A DNA stretch of 64,000 bases from Dehalococcoidia bacterium. GTDB lineage: Bacteria; Chloroflexota; Dehalococcoidia; Lucifugimonadales; UBA3495. The stretch is from NCBI GenBank assembly GCA_965232845.1, contig OZ247428.1:1031011-1095010 (forward strand), read 5' to 3'. This document shows, in pieces, positions 49,809 through 59,212 of the stretch. Both the position numbers and the translations under genes were made by a program. Numbering within the stretch: the stretch's first letter is position 1; each line of letters opens with the position of its first letter. The notes beneath the pieces are model-generated. The model ran no database searches, had not been told where the DNA came from, and worked only from the letters and a program-made list of their open reading frames with translations.

Positions 49809-50279
49809 ATGACTTTGAAGGAAGATCGGCTTAGCCAACTCGGTTACACGCTGCCCCATCCACCAGAACCGGCAGGAAACTATTTGCCCGCTAACATAAG
49901 CGGCAATCAATTGTGGTTAGCTGGGGTCGGAGCGCGCATGGCCGACGGTTCCAGAATTGCAGGCAAGCTTGGAGCTGACTTGACAGTGGAGCAAGGCTAC
50001 GAGGCTGCGCGCTGGTGCGCTCTCAACCTCTTATCCCGAATGAAGGCCGAATTGGGGAGCCTTGACCGAGTCGAGAGATTCGTAAAAGTCGTGGGCTTCA
50101 TCAATAGCTCTGCGGATTTCGAGGGCCAAGCCAAGGTGCTGGACGGGGCATCCGACCTGTTTGTAGAACTTTACGGTGAATCCGGAAGGCACAGCCGATC
50201 TGCCCCCGGAATGGCCGCGCTGCCCGGCAACATCGCCGTCATAGTTGAATGCGTTGTCGAAATAAAGGAGGCGGAATAA
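49809..50279 (+). CDS. RidA/YjgF family protein
   Basis: PEPAGNY, GKLGADLTVEQGYEAAR, GASDLF, GRHSRSAPG. Confidence 0.88.
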   Translation: MTLKEDRLSQLGYTLPHPPEPAGNYLPANISGNQLWLAGVGARMADGSRIAGKLGADLTVEQGYEAARWCALNLLSRMKAELGSLDRVERFVKVVGFINSSADFEGQAKVLDGASDLFVELYGESGRHSRSAPGMAALPGNIAVIVECVVEIKEAE

Positions 50280-50331
50280 TAACCCCACCCCCATTAGAAT
50301 TTCAGCCTATCGGCAACCCGGACCTGGCGTT

Positions 50332-51228
50332 CTAGCCTCCGCGCTGGACTTCGATGTCAGAGAGCTTTTCAACGAAATGCAATATCGCAGAGTGGTCCAG
50401 TTCCTGGTCACCATCGTTGACCAGGGAACCCAGCATTTGCTGGACCAGGGCCGTAGCAGGCAAAGGTACATTCAACTCCTGTGCGGCTTGCAGAACGTTG
50501 CGCAGGTCCTTTTGGTGAAGGCGAATCCTGAAGCCGGCGCGGAAGTTGCGATCAAGCATCATGGGCGCCTTGGCTTCCATTACAGCGCTGCCGGCCAACC
50601 CGCCTCGAATGGCATTGAATACCCTCTCGGGGTCGACACCCGCTTTCTGCGCCAGCACCAATGCCTCACTTAGCGCCTCGATGTTGAGGGCCACGATTAT
50701 CTGATTGGCAAGCTTCGTGGTATTGCCGGCGCCAATTTCTCCAGTCAGATTGACGGTGCCCCCCATGATGTCAAACAGGTCCACGCACTGGTCGTAAATC
50801 TCCTGCTTGCCCCCAACCATGATGGCCAATGTCCCGTTAATTGCGCCCGGTTCTCCGCCGCTCACCGGAGCGTCCAGCATTTCCACTCCCTTGAGGGCGC
50901 ATTCTGCAGATATTTTCTGGGACATGATCGGAGATATAGAGCTCATGTCAATGACGATGGACCCGGGCTTGGCACCCTCCAAAACTCCGTCTGGTCCCAG
51001 TATGGCCCGTTCCGAATCGGCCGAGTCAGGAAGCATGGTGATTATCTTGTCGGTGACCGCAGCGACATCCTTACCGGAAGACGCCGGCTTTGCACCTTCA
51101 GTAGCCAATTCTTCAACAGGTTCGCCCACGATGTCGTAGACGGTAAGCTCGTAGCCTGCATTCATAAGATTGCGGGCCATCGGTTTGCCCATAATTCCCA
51201 GTCCAATAAAACCTATCTGTTCAGCCAT
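50332..51228 (-). CDS. garR: 2-hydroxy-3-oxopropionate (tartronate semialdehyde) reductase
   Basis: IGFIGLGIMGKPMARNL, LDAPVSGGEPGA, KLANQIIVALNI, AIRGGLAGS, GFRIRLHQKDL. Confidence 0.85.
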   Translation of the reverse strand: MAEQIGFIGLGIMGKPMARNLMNAGYELTVYDIVGEPVEELATEGAKPASSGKDVAAVTDKIITMLPDSADSERAILGPDGVLEGAKPGSIVIDMSSISPIMSQKISAECALKGVEMLDAPVSGGEPGAINGTLAIMVGGKQEIYDQCVDLFDIMGGTVNLTGEIGAGNTTKLANQIIVALNIEALSEALVLAQKAGVDPERVFNAIRGGLAGSAVMEAKAPMMLDRNFRAGFRIRLHQKDLRNVLQAAQELNVPLPATALVQQMLGSLVNDGDQELDHSAILHFVEKLSDIEVQRGG

Positions 51229-51486
51229 AGTTAATACCTCTAAATTGGGACCTCGCCAGTACGAGATCCCCTTACTTGACGGCTGCAACTGTAACACACC
51301 AGGTGAAGCCGTACCAGATAGTAAGTGCCGGCCGCAGATGTGACGCGGGCCTCTTTCTGAAGAGCCTTCGGTGGCTGGCCTGAGAGCAACTCACGCCGTG
51401 TTTTAACTGGCAGCAGGACAGTTGCCCGTTGTCTCACTCATATGCAAGGCGTATCATAATCGTAGTAACATTTTAGTGAGGAGCGG

Positions 51487-52440
51487 ATGTCCGAATCGCG
51501 AAAAGCACTTGTAACCGGGGGTGCCGGCTTCATTGGATCCCATTTGGTTGACCGTTTGATTTCGGAAGGGTTCAGAGTAGCCATAGTTGACAATCTGTCC
51601 GCTGGTTCTCTGAAGAACCTGAACCCGGCAGCCACCTTTTACCATTCAGACATAACTCAGTCTTCAGTTGACGAGATTTTTAGCCGCGAGCAGCCGGACA
51701 TAGTGTTTCATCTGGCAGCCCGGGTTAGCGTAACCTTTTCGGCACAAAATCCGGTAGACAACGCTGAAGTTAACGTCATCGGAACCCTGAGGTTGCTGGA
51801 CGCCGCGCGGCGCATGGGTTTGGAGAAGTTCATTTTCTCCTCGACCGGCGGCGCCATTTACGGAAATCCGGAGGAAAACCCCTGCAGTGAGAAATCCCCC
51901 GCTTCACCCATTTCCCCGTATGGTTTGTCCAAGTACATGGCGGAACAATACATCGATCTCTTTCACCGCCTTTACAGATTGAATTACACCAACCTGCGAT
52001 ACGGTAACGTCTATGGCCCCCGCCAGGACCCTCACGGTGAGGCAGGCGTGATATCCATATTCATTCAGTCTATGCTGGATGGAAGCCAGCCCAGAATATT
52101 CGGAGACGGCACCCAGGAGCGCGATTTCGTATACGTTGAGGACATCGTGGAAGCCAACATCAGGGCCATTGACGGCGGCCACAACTGCACGTTGAATATC
52201 GGCTCAGGGGAAAGCACCAGCGTCAACCGGTTATATGAGCTTCTGCAGGACGCGGTTATCTACTATTGGGATGCTGAGCACAGGCCCCGCCGACCTGGCG
52301 AGGTGCACAGCATTTCCCTGGACTGTAAAGAAGCCCTGAACCAGTTAGGTTGGTCTCCCCAAATCTCCCTGCAAGAGGGCTTGCAGAGAACTGTAGAATA
52401 TTATAAAAGTGAAGAGAGTCCAACCAGGCGGTCAGCCTGA
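51487..52440 (+). CDS. NAD-dependent epimerase/dehydratase (UDP-glucose 4-epimerase-like)
   Basis: TGGAGFIGSH, SSTGGAIYG, YGLSK, RYGNVYGPRQDPHGEAGV. Confidence 0.9.
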   Translation: MSESRKALVTGGAGFIGSHLVDRLISEGFRVAIVDNLSAGSLKNLNPAATFYHSDITQSSVDEIFSREQPDIVFHLAARVSVTFSAQNPVDNAEVNVIGTLRLLDAARRMGLEKFIFSSTGGAIYGNPEENPCSEKSPASPISPYGLSKYMAEQYIDLFHRLYRLNYTNLRYGNVYGPRQDPHGEAGVISIFIQSMLDGSQPRIFGDGTQERDFVYVEDIVEANIRAIDGGHNCTLNIGSGESTSVNRLYELLQDAVIYYWDAEHRPRRPGEVHSISLDCKEALNQLGWSPQISLQEGLQRTVEYYKSEESPTRRSA

Positions 52441-52513
52441 TTGGTAACTACTTGCGCCAATCTTAAAGGCTATAGCCATAACTTAATTTTAGGAATTTAG
52501 GAGTTACCGATAG

Positions 52514-53437
52514 ATGGAAGCTGAGTACGATGCCATTATTCTGGGAGCGGGCGCCGCTGGCCTCGCAGCTGGTCTTTACACTACCAGGGCTATGATGAAA
52601 ACCCTGATCCTCGAGTCGCTTGGCCCCGGCGGACAACTTCTCATCACCGACGAAATCGAAAACTATCCAGGCTTCCCGACCGGAGTCAAAGGGCAGGAAC
52701 TGGCCCAAATGATGGAGGAGCAAACCACTCGATTTGGGGCTGAAATCGATTACGCTGAAGTAGAGGAAGTCGAGGACCTGGATCAACCCGTCAAACTCAT
52801 AAAGACCTACGAAAAGGAATACTCGACCAAGAGCGTGATCATTGCGACGGGCGGTTCCCACAACAAGCTGGGAGTTACGGGAGAGGACGAATTGGCCGGT
52901 CGCGGCGTTTCCTATTGCGCTGTATGCGATGGCAACTTCTTCCGCAACCAGGACGTGGTCGTAGTCGGCGGAGGCGATGCGGCAATGGACGAAAGCCTCT
53001 ATCTCAGCGGCATCGTCAATTCGGTGACAATTGTACACCGGCGTGACGAACTGAGAGCCACGAAGGTCTTGCAGGAACGTGCCTTTGCAAACCCCAAGTA
53101 CAAGTGGCTTTGGAGCCACGTCGTAGAAGAATTTACCGGCAACGAGGCCCTCGAATACGCCAGGGTTAAAGACCTGAAGACCGGCGAGGTTTACAATTAC
53201 CCGACTGCCGCCGCTTTCATTTATGTTGGCTTCCATCCCAACACGGAATATCTCAAAGGCCTGCTGGACATGGACCCCCTGGGTCACTTATATACTGACA
53301 TCCACATGCGCACCAAGGCTCCCGGCGTATACGCCTGCGGAGACGCCCGTGCTGATTCAACCCGCCAGTTGGGCGCCGCGGTGGGTGACGGCATCACCGC
53401 TGCCCTTGCCGCCTACCATGACCTGAGCGGCGCATAG
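52514..53437 (+). CDS. trxB: thioredoxin-disulfide reductase
   Basis: GGQL...IENYPGF, GRGVSYCAVCDG, VGGGDAA, HRRDELRA. Confidence 0.95.
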   Translation: MEAEYDAIILGAGAAGLAAGLYTTRAMMKTLILESLGPGGQLLITDEIENYPGFPTGVKGQELAQMMEEQTTRFGAEIDYAEVEEVEDLDQPVKLIKTYEKEYSTKSVIIATGGSHNKLGVTGEDELAGRGVSYCAVCDGNFFRNQDVVVVGGGDAAMDESLYLSGIVNSVTIVHRRDELRATKVLQERAFANPKYKWLWSHVVEEFTGNEALEYARVKDLKTGEVYNYPTAAAFIYVGFHPNTEYLKGLLDMDPLGHLYTDIHMRTKAPGVYACGDARADSTRQLGAAVGDGITAALAAYHDLSGA

Positions 53438-53464
53438 GCTGAAAAGGAAACACCGCATGTAATG

Positions 53465-53490
53465 GGGGTGAGATAAGACTCACCCCTTTT
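53465..53490 (+). terminator. intrinsic terminator after trxB
   Basis: ggggtgag-N6-ctcacccc-tttt. Confidence 0.75.
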
Positions 53491-53604
53491 GGTGTCTAAA
53501 CTTTCCCCGCCTACCTTGCCCGATAGTTTCGTAGCTCTTCTTCATGTCCGGAAACAGAGTACCGAACAATTATGGGTAAGGTAAGTCTATGCACTGTCGG
53601 GAAT

Positions 53605-54354
53605 TCATCCCGCTACCACCTTGGACACCTCTTGCCCCAGAAGCACCAGGCTACCGGTAATAATTACCCCAATAGCCACGTACCGGAAAACGGCCTCATT
53701 CATCCGCCTCGCCAGCAATGCCCCGACACCGAAACCCACCACCAATGATGGCACCAGCAGGGCAATATTGACCAAGGTGTCCCGGTCCACCAGCCCAATA
53801 AAGTAATACAGAACGAACCCCACAATGTAAGTGCAAAGGAAATAGAAGGCCAGTGCTGCCCTCATCTGCTCTCGATGCCAGTGCTGGGCAACAATGTATG
53901 CCGCCGCCAAGGGCCCGCCGATGCTGAGGGTGGTTATGGAGAGGGAAGTGAGAAACCCTACTAACAGTCCGGAGCCGCGCCTGTTAGCCATTGGCAGTTG
54001 AATGTTAAGCAGGTTGAGCACACCGAGGCACAATATGGCGGCGCCGATTGTTAACCTCAAAACCGTTGGGTTAGCCGAATCCAGGGCCAGAACCCCCACC
54101 GGAACGGCCAGAATCCCACCAACCGCCATTCCCCTCAGTAGTCGTAACTGCAGGTGGCGCCACGTAGTCAGCAGGACGAAAGAAAGCAGGATGGGAATTA
54201 TGGCGTTGACAGTTACTATTGCGGACTTAGGGTCCAGGAATAGCAACAAGACGGGAGCGACAACCAGGCCCATACCAAAGCTGACGGTCCCCATGATGGT
54301 TGCGCCGACCGCCACCGCGAGGATGGCGATCAGCAACTCGAGGCCGGTTAACAC
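53605..54354 (-). CDS. TauE/SafE (sulfite exporter-like) membrane protein
   Basis: GTVSFGMGLVVAP, SIGGP, about 8 TM segments. Confidence 0.85.
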   Translation of the reverse strand: MLTGLELLIAILAVAVGATIMGTVSFGMGLVVAPVLLLFLDPKSAIVTVNAIIPILLSFVLLTTWRHLQLRLLRGMAVGGILAVPVGVLALDSANPTVLRLTIGAAILCLGVLNLLNIQLPMANRRGSGLLVGFLTSLSITTLSIGGPLAAAYIVAQHWHREQMRAALAFYFLCTYIVGFVLYYFIGLVDRDTLVNIALLVPSLVVGFGVGALLARRMNEAVFRYVAIGVIITGSLVLLGQEVSKVVAG

Positions 54355-54403
54355 CCGGCCCTCGCGATTCCTTCAATGCAACCGCTATTGATGGAAAAGA
54401 AGT

Positions 54404-55312
54404 TCAGCGCCCGCTCGCAGTCCCAGACTCCGGCTTCCAAAAATCCAGCAGGTATTCGAAAGTCGTTCCCATCGTAATATAGTTCGACGGCCAACCAAAA
54501 ATACCGACGCGATTGACTATGTTTGTCCGGTCCCAAATTATGGTGTTTCTCAGTTCGTAACCCACCGAGCGCAGCGCTTCGACCACGGCGGTATGGATAG
54601 TAATGCGCCGATTATCCAGCCACATATCTGGAACGTCAATGACGCAGTGCCCCCGCTCCCGCAGCAACGGGAAAAGGCTGCCATAGATTTCCGCCATCGC
54701 ATCCTGGTATGAGTCCAGGTCAAGTGTTCCCAGGTCTCTCGGGTCCTGGCTGTATTGCTCAGTCTTAAGGTACTGGCCGTTCTTCCGATCCGCTCCCCTG
54801 CGGCTCTTGTTCAGGCGGGGTCGATTCAGCAAATTTGCATAGGGCGGCGAAGTCAATATCAAGCTGACCGACTCTGGTTCGAGATAGTCCTCTATCATTC
54901 TGGCGTCGCCGCAAAATCCTACCTGTGCGGTGGCATCGAGCACGGTCTCCGACTCCAGCCTTGCCTCACACAGGTCAATGTAGTCCTGCTTGAGGTCAAA
55001 ACCGACGGCATTACGGTTCAAGTCCCTCGCAGCAACCAACGTGGTGCCACTACCGACAAAGGGATCGAGCACCAGCTCCCCTTCATGCGTAAACAGGGAG
55101 ATACATCGTGCGGCCAGGGATATTGGATAAGTAGCCGGGTGAGCGGCCTTGTCCCTGATATCCCTTGATTCGTAGTAAAACTGCCAAACTCCCAATTGGG
55201 ACTTGATCCATTCTTTGGCAGTCATGCAATTGATATGTTTTGGCGGGCATTCACAGAGCCTCTTGTTTTCAAGTCCGGGTAATTCTCTTTCTCGTTCAAC
55301 CAGCAATGCCAT
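54404..55312 (-). CDS. N4/N6-type amino-methyltransferase (DNA methylase family)
   Basis: HPATYP, VLDPFVGSGTT (motif I), ILTSPPY (motif IV). Confidence 0.85.
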   Translation of the reverse strand: MALLVERERELPGLENKRLCECPPKHINCMTAKEWIKSQLGVWQFYYESRDIRDKAAHPATYPISLAARCISLFTHEGELVLDPFVGSGTTLVAARDLNRNAVGFDLKQDYIDLCEARLESETVLDATAQVGFCGDARMIEDYLEPESVSLILTSPPYANLLNRPRLNKSRRGADRKNGQYLKTEQYSQDPRDLGTLDLDSYQDAMAEIYGSLFPLLRERGHCVIDVPDMWLDNRRITIHTAVVEALRSVGYELRNTIIWDRTNIVNRVGIFGWPSNYITMGTTFEYLLDFWKPESGTASGR

Positions 55313-55369
55313 CAGATCCTCACCACCCTTCACTCTCTCCCGGGAAACCTTGCCTCCCGGTTTTACTGC

Positions 55370-56416
55370 CTATTTGCGAAATAGTCCTAACTCGGCTGCC
55401 ACCTGCAAGGCCCTTTCCACTTGCACCACCGGCGGCCCGTTTCTCTGCACCGAGACTTCTACCTTTTGCTGCGGAGTTACCGTGAGCGCCCGTTCGCCAT
55501 CCAGTGCGATGGTGCTATGCCGCCGCTCTACTTCAACCCGTTCACCCTCGTCCAAGCGTTCCCAACTTGCTATCGCCACTTCGGCGACCATTCCCGGCGC
55601 CACCGGCGCCAGGACGGTGGCCTGGCCGGCCCCTTGTAACATCCCTTGGGACTCGGTGGACTGCCCAGGTCCACCACTTGGCGATTCGTACCTGCCAGCC
55701 AGGACGTACCTCAGTCCCCCAACGTCATTCAGGGAGATGTGCTGCAACCGCGCCCCAACCGAGGACAGGCCGATGGCTGCCGGTTCGGCGCGAGTCAGGA
55801 AAACCTCGTAGAGAGTGCTGAGATCCCAGATGGCCCGCGTGGCTACGAACCGTTCCCGTGATAGGGCCACATCCACCAAGGCCAGGTCCCGATATTCGTT
55901 ATCCACGTAAACCGCCAGGGTCTTGCTGGTTACAGACACCCAGTCAGGCAACAGCTTGCCGCTGGCCACCACACCCGCAACCAGACCGGCAAGGGTCCCT
56001 TCCACCATCTGCGGGAATACGTTATTGGTGCCAGTGGATATGGGCACAACTGGAATGGTGGAACTGCCGCATGCCACCGCCCGATTGGTCCCGTCGCCCC
56101 CCAGGGTAACCAGGCAAGACACTTCTTCTTGAGCCATCATGCCTGCCGCCCGAATTGTGTCCCCTTCCGTGTAGTAGGTGGGCATCTCCAGGAGGGATAG
56201 GTCGAGGTGCAATTGGGAGTCATCCCTGGCCCTCTGGCACAGGTGAGAGCCGTCGGGCATGGCAACAACTTGCTCAACTCCCACCGCCTGAAGGCCCAGG
56301 AGCACCCGTCGTACAATGTTGACCTTTTCCCAGTCGGGAATGACTCTGCCCTGAGCAACCAGCCGGCGAATGTCTTTACTGGCGGCCGGATTGGCGATTA
56401 TTCCGACTTTGGTCAA
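55370..56416 (-). CDS. ATP-NAD kinase-like protein (AcoX-like)
   Basis: GIIANPAASKDIRRLV, LGGDGTNR, STGTNNVFP, IALDGER. Confidence 0.85.
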   Translation of the reverse strand: MTKVGIIANPAASKDIRRLVAQGRVIPDWEKVNIVRRVLLGLQAVGVEQVVAMPDGSHLCQRARDDSQLHLDLSLLEMPTYYTEGDTIRAAGMMAQEEVSCLVTLGGDGTNRAVACGSSTIPVVPISTGTNNVFPQMVEGTLAGLVAGVVASGKLLPDWVSVTSKTLAVYVDNEYRDLALVDVALSRERFVATRAIWDLSTLYEVFLTRAEPAAIGLSSVGARLQHISLNDVGGLRYVLAGRYESPSGGPGQSTESQGMLQGAGQATVLAPVAPGMVAEVAIASWERLDEGERVEVERRHSTIALDGERALTVTPQQKVEVSVQRNGPPVVQVERALQVAAELGLFRK

Positions 56417-56581
56417 AAGGTTGTCCTTTCTGTGTAAGGGAGCACGGAGCGTCCCTAAAATCTTACTTTGCTATAATGACCCGGATTGTAGAGAGGGCCC
56501 CGTTTAAAGGTCAATTTAAAAAAAGTTCGGAAAAACACCAAAAATTGAAAGGAGCCTCTAGGTTCCCCTTGGAGCGGTAAA

Positions 56582-58012
56582 ATGATGGAGCAGGAACTCG
56601 CCTACAAGTCCGCATCGGAACTGACCAAGTTGATTGGTTCAAGAGAAGTTTCCTGCGTGGAACTTACGGAGTTGTTCTACAGCAGGATTGCTGAGATTAA
56701 CCCAAAACTGAACGCTTACCTGGAGTTGTGCGCCGACAAGGCAATAGCAGAAGCCCACAGCGCCCAGGAGGCGGTACAGCGGGGAGATCAGTTGGGCCCC
56801 TTGCATGGCATACCAATTTCAGTCAAAGACCTGGAGATGACCAGTGGCGTGCCAACCACATTGGGATCAGCCATCTTTCGCGGCCGTACACCCGACCTGG
56901 ATTCGGTTGTTGTTGAAAGAGTAAAGTCGTCCGGCGCGATCATTCTGGGTAAAACAAACACGCCGGAATTTGGACTCTCGGGTACTACGGAGAACAAGTT
57001 GGGCGACGCCTGCCGCAACCCCTGGGATACCAGCAGGACGCCGGGCGGCTCCAGTGGCGGAGCGGCGGCGGCATTGGCTTCAGGACTTTGCACTCTGGCT
57101 ACCGGAAGTGACGGCGGAGGCTCCATACGGATACCGGCCAGCTTCAGTGGCGTTTTCGGCATCAAGCCGTCTCAAGGGCGGGTCCCTCGTTACGGCGGTT
57201 ACGGCAGTCCTGCTGCGAACCATTTTTCCCAATCGGGCCCCATGTCCCGCACCGTAGCAGATACCGCTTTGCTTCTCCAGGTGTTGGCTGGCCCCGACCG
57301 CCGTGACCCAGTATCCATGCGGGAATCGCCCCCGGACTTCTCAGCCGATTTGGACAAGGGAGTAAGCGGCTGGAAGATTGCCTGGAGTCCTGACCTTGGC
57401 TATGCCGGAGTGGACCCGGAGGTATTAAGGGTCACCGAGAAAGCAGCCAGGGTCTTCGAGGAACTGGGTGCCTCCGTAGAGTCGCCAGACCTCAGAATTG
57501 ATGACCCCTTCCAGGCTTTTTGGGACGTGTTTGCCACTGCCTCCTATACCTCCTACGGACACCTGCTGGAAGAACATCGTGACGACTTTACTTACTACGG
57601 GCTGCGCGCCTTTGAGCATGGCGCGGAAGTAACCGGTGCTGACTTGTCCCGTGCGCTTCTTCGTGTTGACCAACTTGGGCGGCAAATGGAGACCTTTTTC
57701 GACGACTATGACCTGCTCCTGACTCCGACAATGGCCGTGCCAGCGTTCCCAATTGACCAGCGTCCTTCGGTGATCGGCGGTAAGGAAGTGGACCCCTTCT
57801 GGGGGTACCTGCCCTTCACCTTCCCCATCAACATGACCGGCCAAACCGCGGCCAGTGTTCCCTGTGGATTTTCCGAGGACCCGGCAAGCGCCGGTATGCC
57901 CATCGGCCTGCACCTGGTGGGGCCAAGAGGGTCAGAAGCCAGGGTGCTGCAGGCCTGCGCCGCCTTTGAACGGGCCCGGCCGTGGGCAGATAAACGTCCC
58001 ACTGTCTCGTAG
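56582..58012 (+). CDS. amidase signature family protein
   Basis: GIPISVKD, GKTNTPEFG, TPGGSSGG, GSDGGGSIRIPA. Confidence 0.92.
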   Translation: MMEQELAYKSASELTKLIGSREVSCVELTELFYSRIAEINPKLNAYLELCADKAIAEAHSAQEAVQRGDQLGPLHGIPISVKDLEMTSGVPTTLGSAIFRGRTPDLDSVVVERVKSSGAIILGKTNTPEFGLSGTTENKLGDACRNPWDTSRTPGGSSGGAAAALASGLCTLATGSDGGGSIRIPASFSGVFGIKPSQGRVPRYGGYGSPAANHFSQSGPMSRTVADTALLLQVLAGPDRRDPVSMRESPPDFSADLDKGVSGWKIAWSPDLGYAGVDPEVLRVTEKAARVFEELGASVESPDLRIDDPFQAFWDVFATASYTSYGHLLEEHRDDFTYYGLRAFEHGAEVTGADLSRALLRVDQLGRQMETFFDDYDLLLTPTMAVPAFPIDQRPSVIGGKEVDPFWGYLPFTFPINMTGQTAASVPCGFSEDPASAGMPIGLHLVGPRGSEARVLQACAAFERARPWADKRPTVS

Positions 58013-58246
58013 TCCTTCTTCCTGCTGTTTGAGCTCACAATTCAATGCTAGCTGCCGACTGGCTCATTCCAGTCGGCAGACTTAAGCTGCAACGCACTGC
58101 CTTCTTTCCTTCCACCTCGTCCAACTCTACCTATTCCAAACCTCCTCCCTCGCCCTGCAAGGTTGACGATGTCAACGTGAAGTGATAGAACTAACTGCTT
58201 TGCATTACAACTCTTTATATCGGACTGCAAAGTATTTAGGATAGCT

Positions 58247-59212
58247 ATGTACTTACCTTCTGGTCGACTGAGACTGTCAATCGTGATCCTTATATTCCTT
58301 GGAGGCTTGGCTACATTGCTTGCTCTGGACCAAACTGAACTAGCCGCACAGCCTGAAAACTATGAAGTGCCAAGTCCGCAACTTGGGCTGACCGCTGAGG
58401 CCAGAGAAGCATTGCAGGGGTCCGACCTGGCCTTTCCTTCAGGCGACGCTGGGTTTTCGGCCTATTACCGCATGGGGACCGTTGGTGACTATAGTCTGGA
58501 CAAAGCAACGGTAGACGACCACATTTTCGGCCAGGTCGAATCCAATGCCATAACTGTAAGAACCGCCCCGGCAACCCTTGTAGATATAGGAGACAACTAC
58601 ACAATATCGACTCTTTCAATGACAAACATAGACTCGATAGAATCGGAGGTTAACCTTTATTACGACGACGAAGGCTGGATTGTGGCTTACCTACCCAGCG
58701 GCACATCCTCGTCGCAAATCTGGCAGGCCCGGGAAGAGAACCCCGAGAATCCTGAAATAACGGACATTAGCAATACTACGCTGTTGGACGCGATAAACGT
58801 GGTAGTTGATGACGCATTGGGCGGAACCTCAATCGAACACGATGACAGCAGTTTGGGGTACTACCATTGGCAACATACAGATGCTGATAACTTCCTGATG
58901 ATGGCCGTTTCAAGGCAAATTCAGGGAGAATACCCAGTCCAGTTTTCGGTTCCGACGACGTTAACCGTGGCAGAGGTTTCGGCGACGATGTGGGTTTCAC
59001 TGGCAAGCAACACCGACCCACCATGCGCCAAAGTTACCCTGGACGACTCCGACTTGATCACTGAACAATGCACCAAGGGAATATCAAGCAGCACGGCAAA
59101 TCTGTCAGATTTTAATAACCAGCCCAACCACGCATGGAAACTGATTCAGTCTCAAAGAGACGAAGGCGCTTCCGGAGCCCTGCTGATGATTCTCTACTCA
59201 GTCGCCGGTTAA
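58247..59212 (+). CDS. secreted hypothetical protein
   Basis: N-terminal signal or TM segment; acidic beta-rich body (AGFSAYY, VNLYYDDEGWIVAYLP, YYHWQH). Confidence 0.75.
   Translation: MYLPSGRLRLSIVILIFLGGLATLLALDQTELAAQPENYEVPSPQLGLTAEAREALQGSDLAFPSGDAGFSAYYRMGTVGDYSLDKATVDDHIFGQVESNAITVRTAPATLVDIGDNYTISTLSMTNIDSIESEVNLYYDDEGWIVAYLPSGTSSSQIWQAREENPENPEITDISNTTLLDAINVVVDDALGGTSIEHDDSSLGYYHWQHTDADNFLMMAVSRQIQGEYPVQFSVPTTLTVAEVSATMWVSLASNTDPPCAKVTLDDSDLITEQCTKGISSSTANLSDFNNQPNHAWKLIQSQRDEGASGALLMILYSVAG

Noticed and set aside
51330-51400. Glycine riboswitch upstream of garR
   Set aside because: CTCTCAGG and CCGAAG are present, but the GGAGA element and the expected order and spacing are missing.
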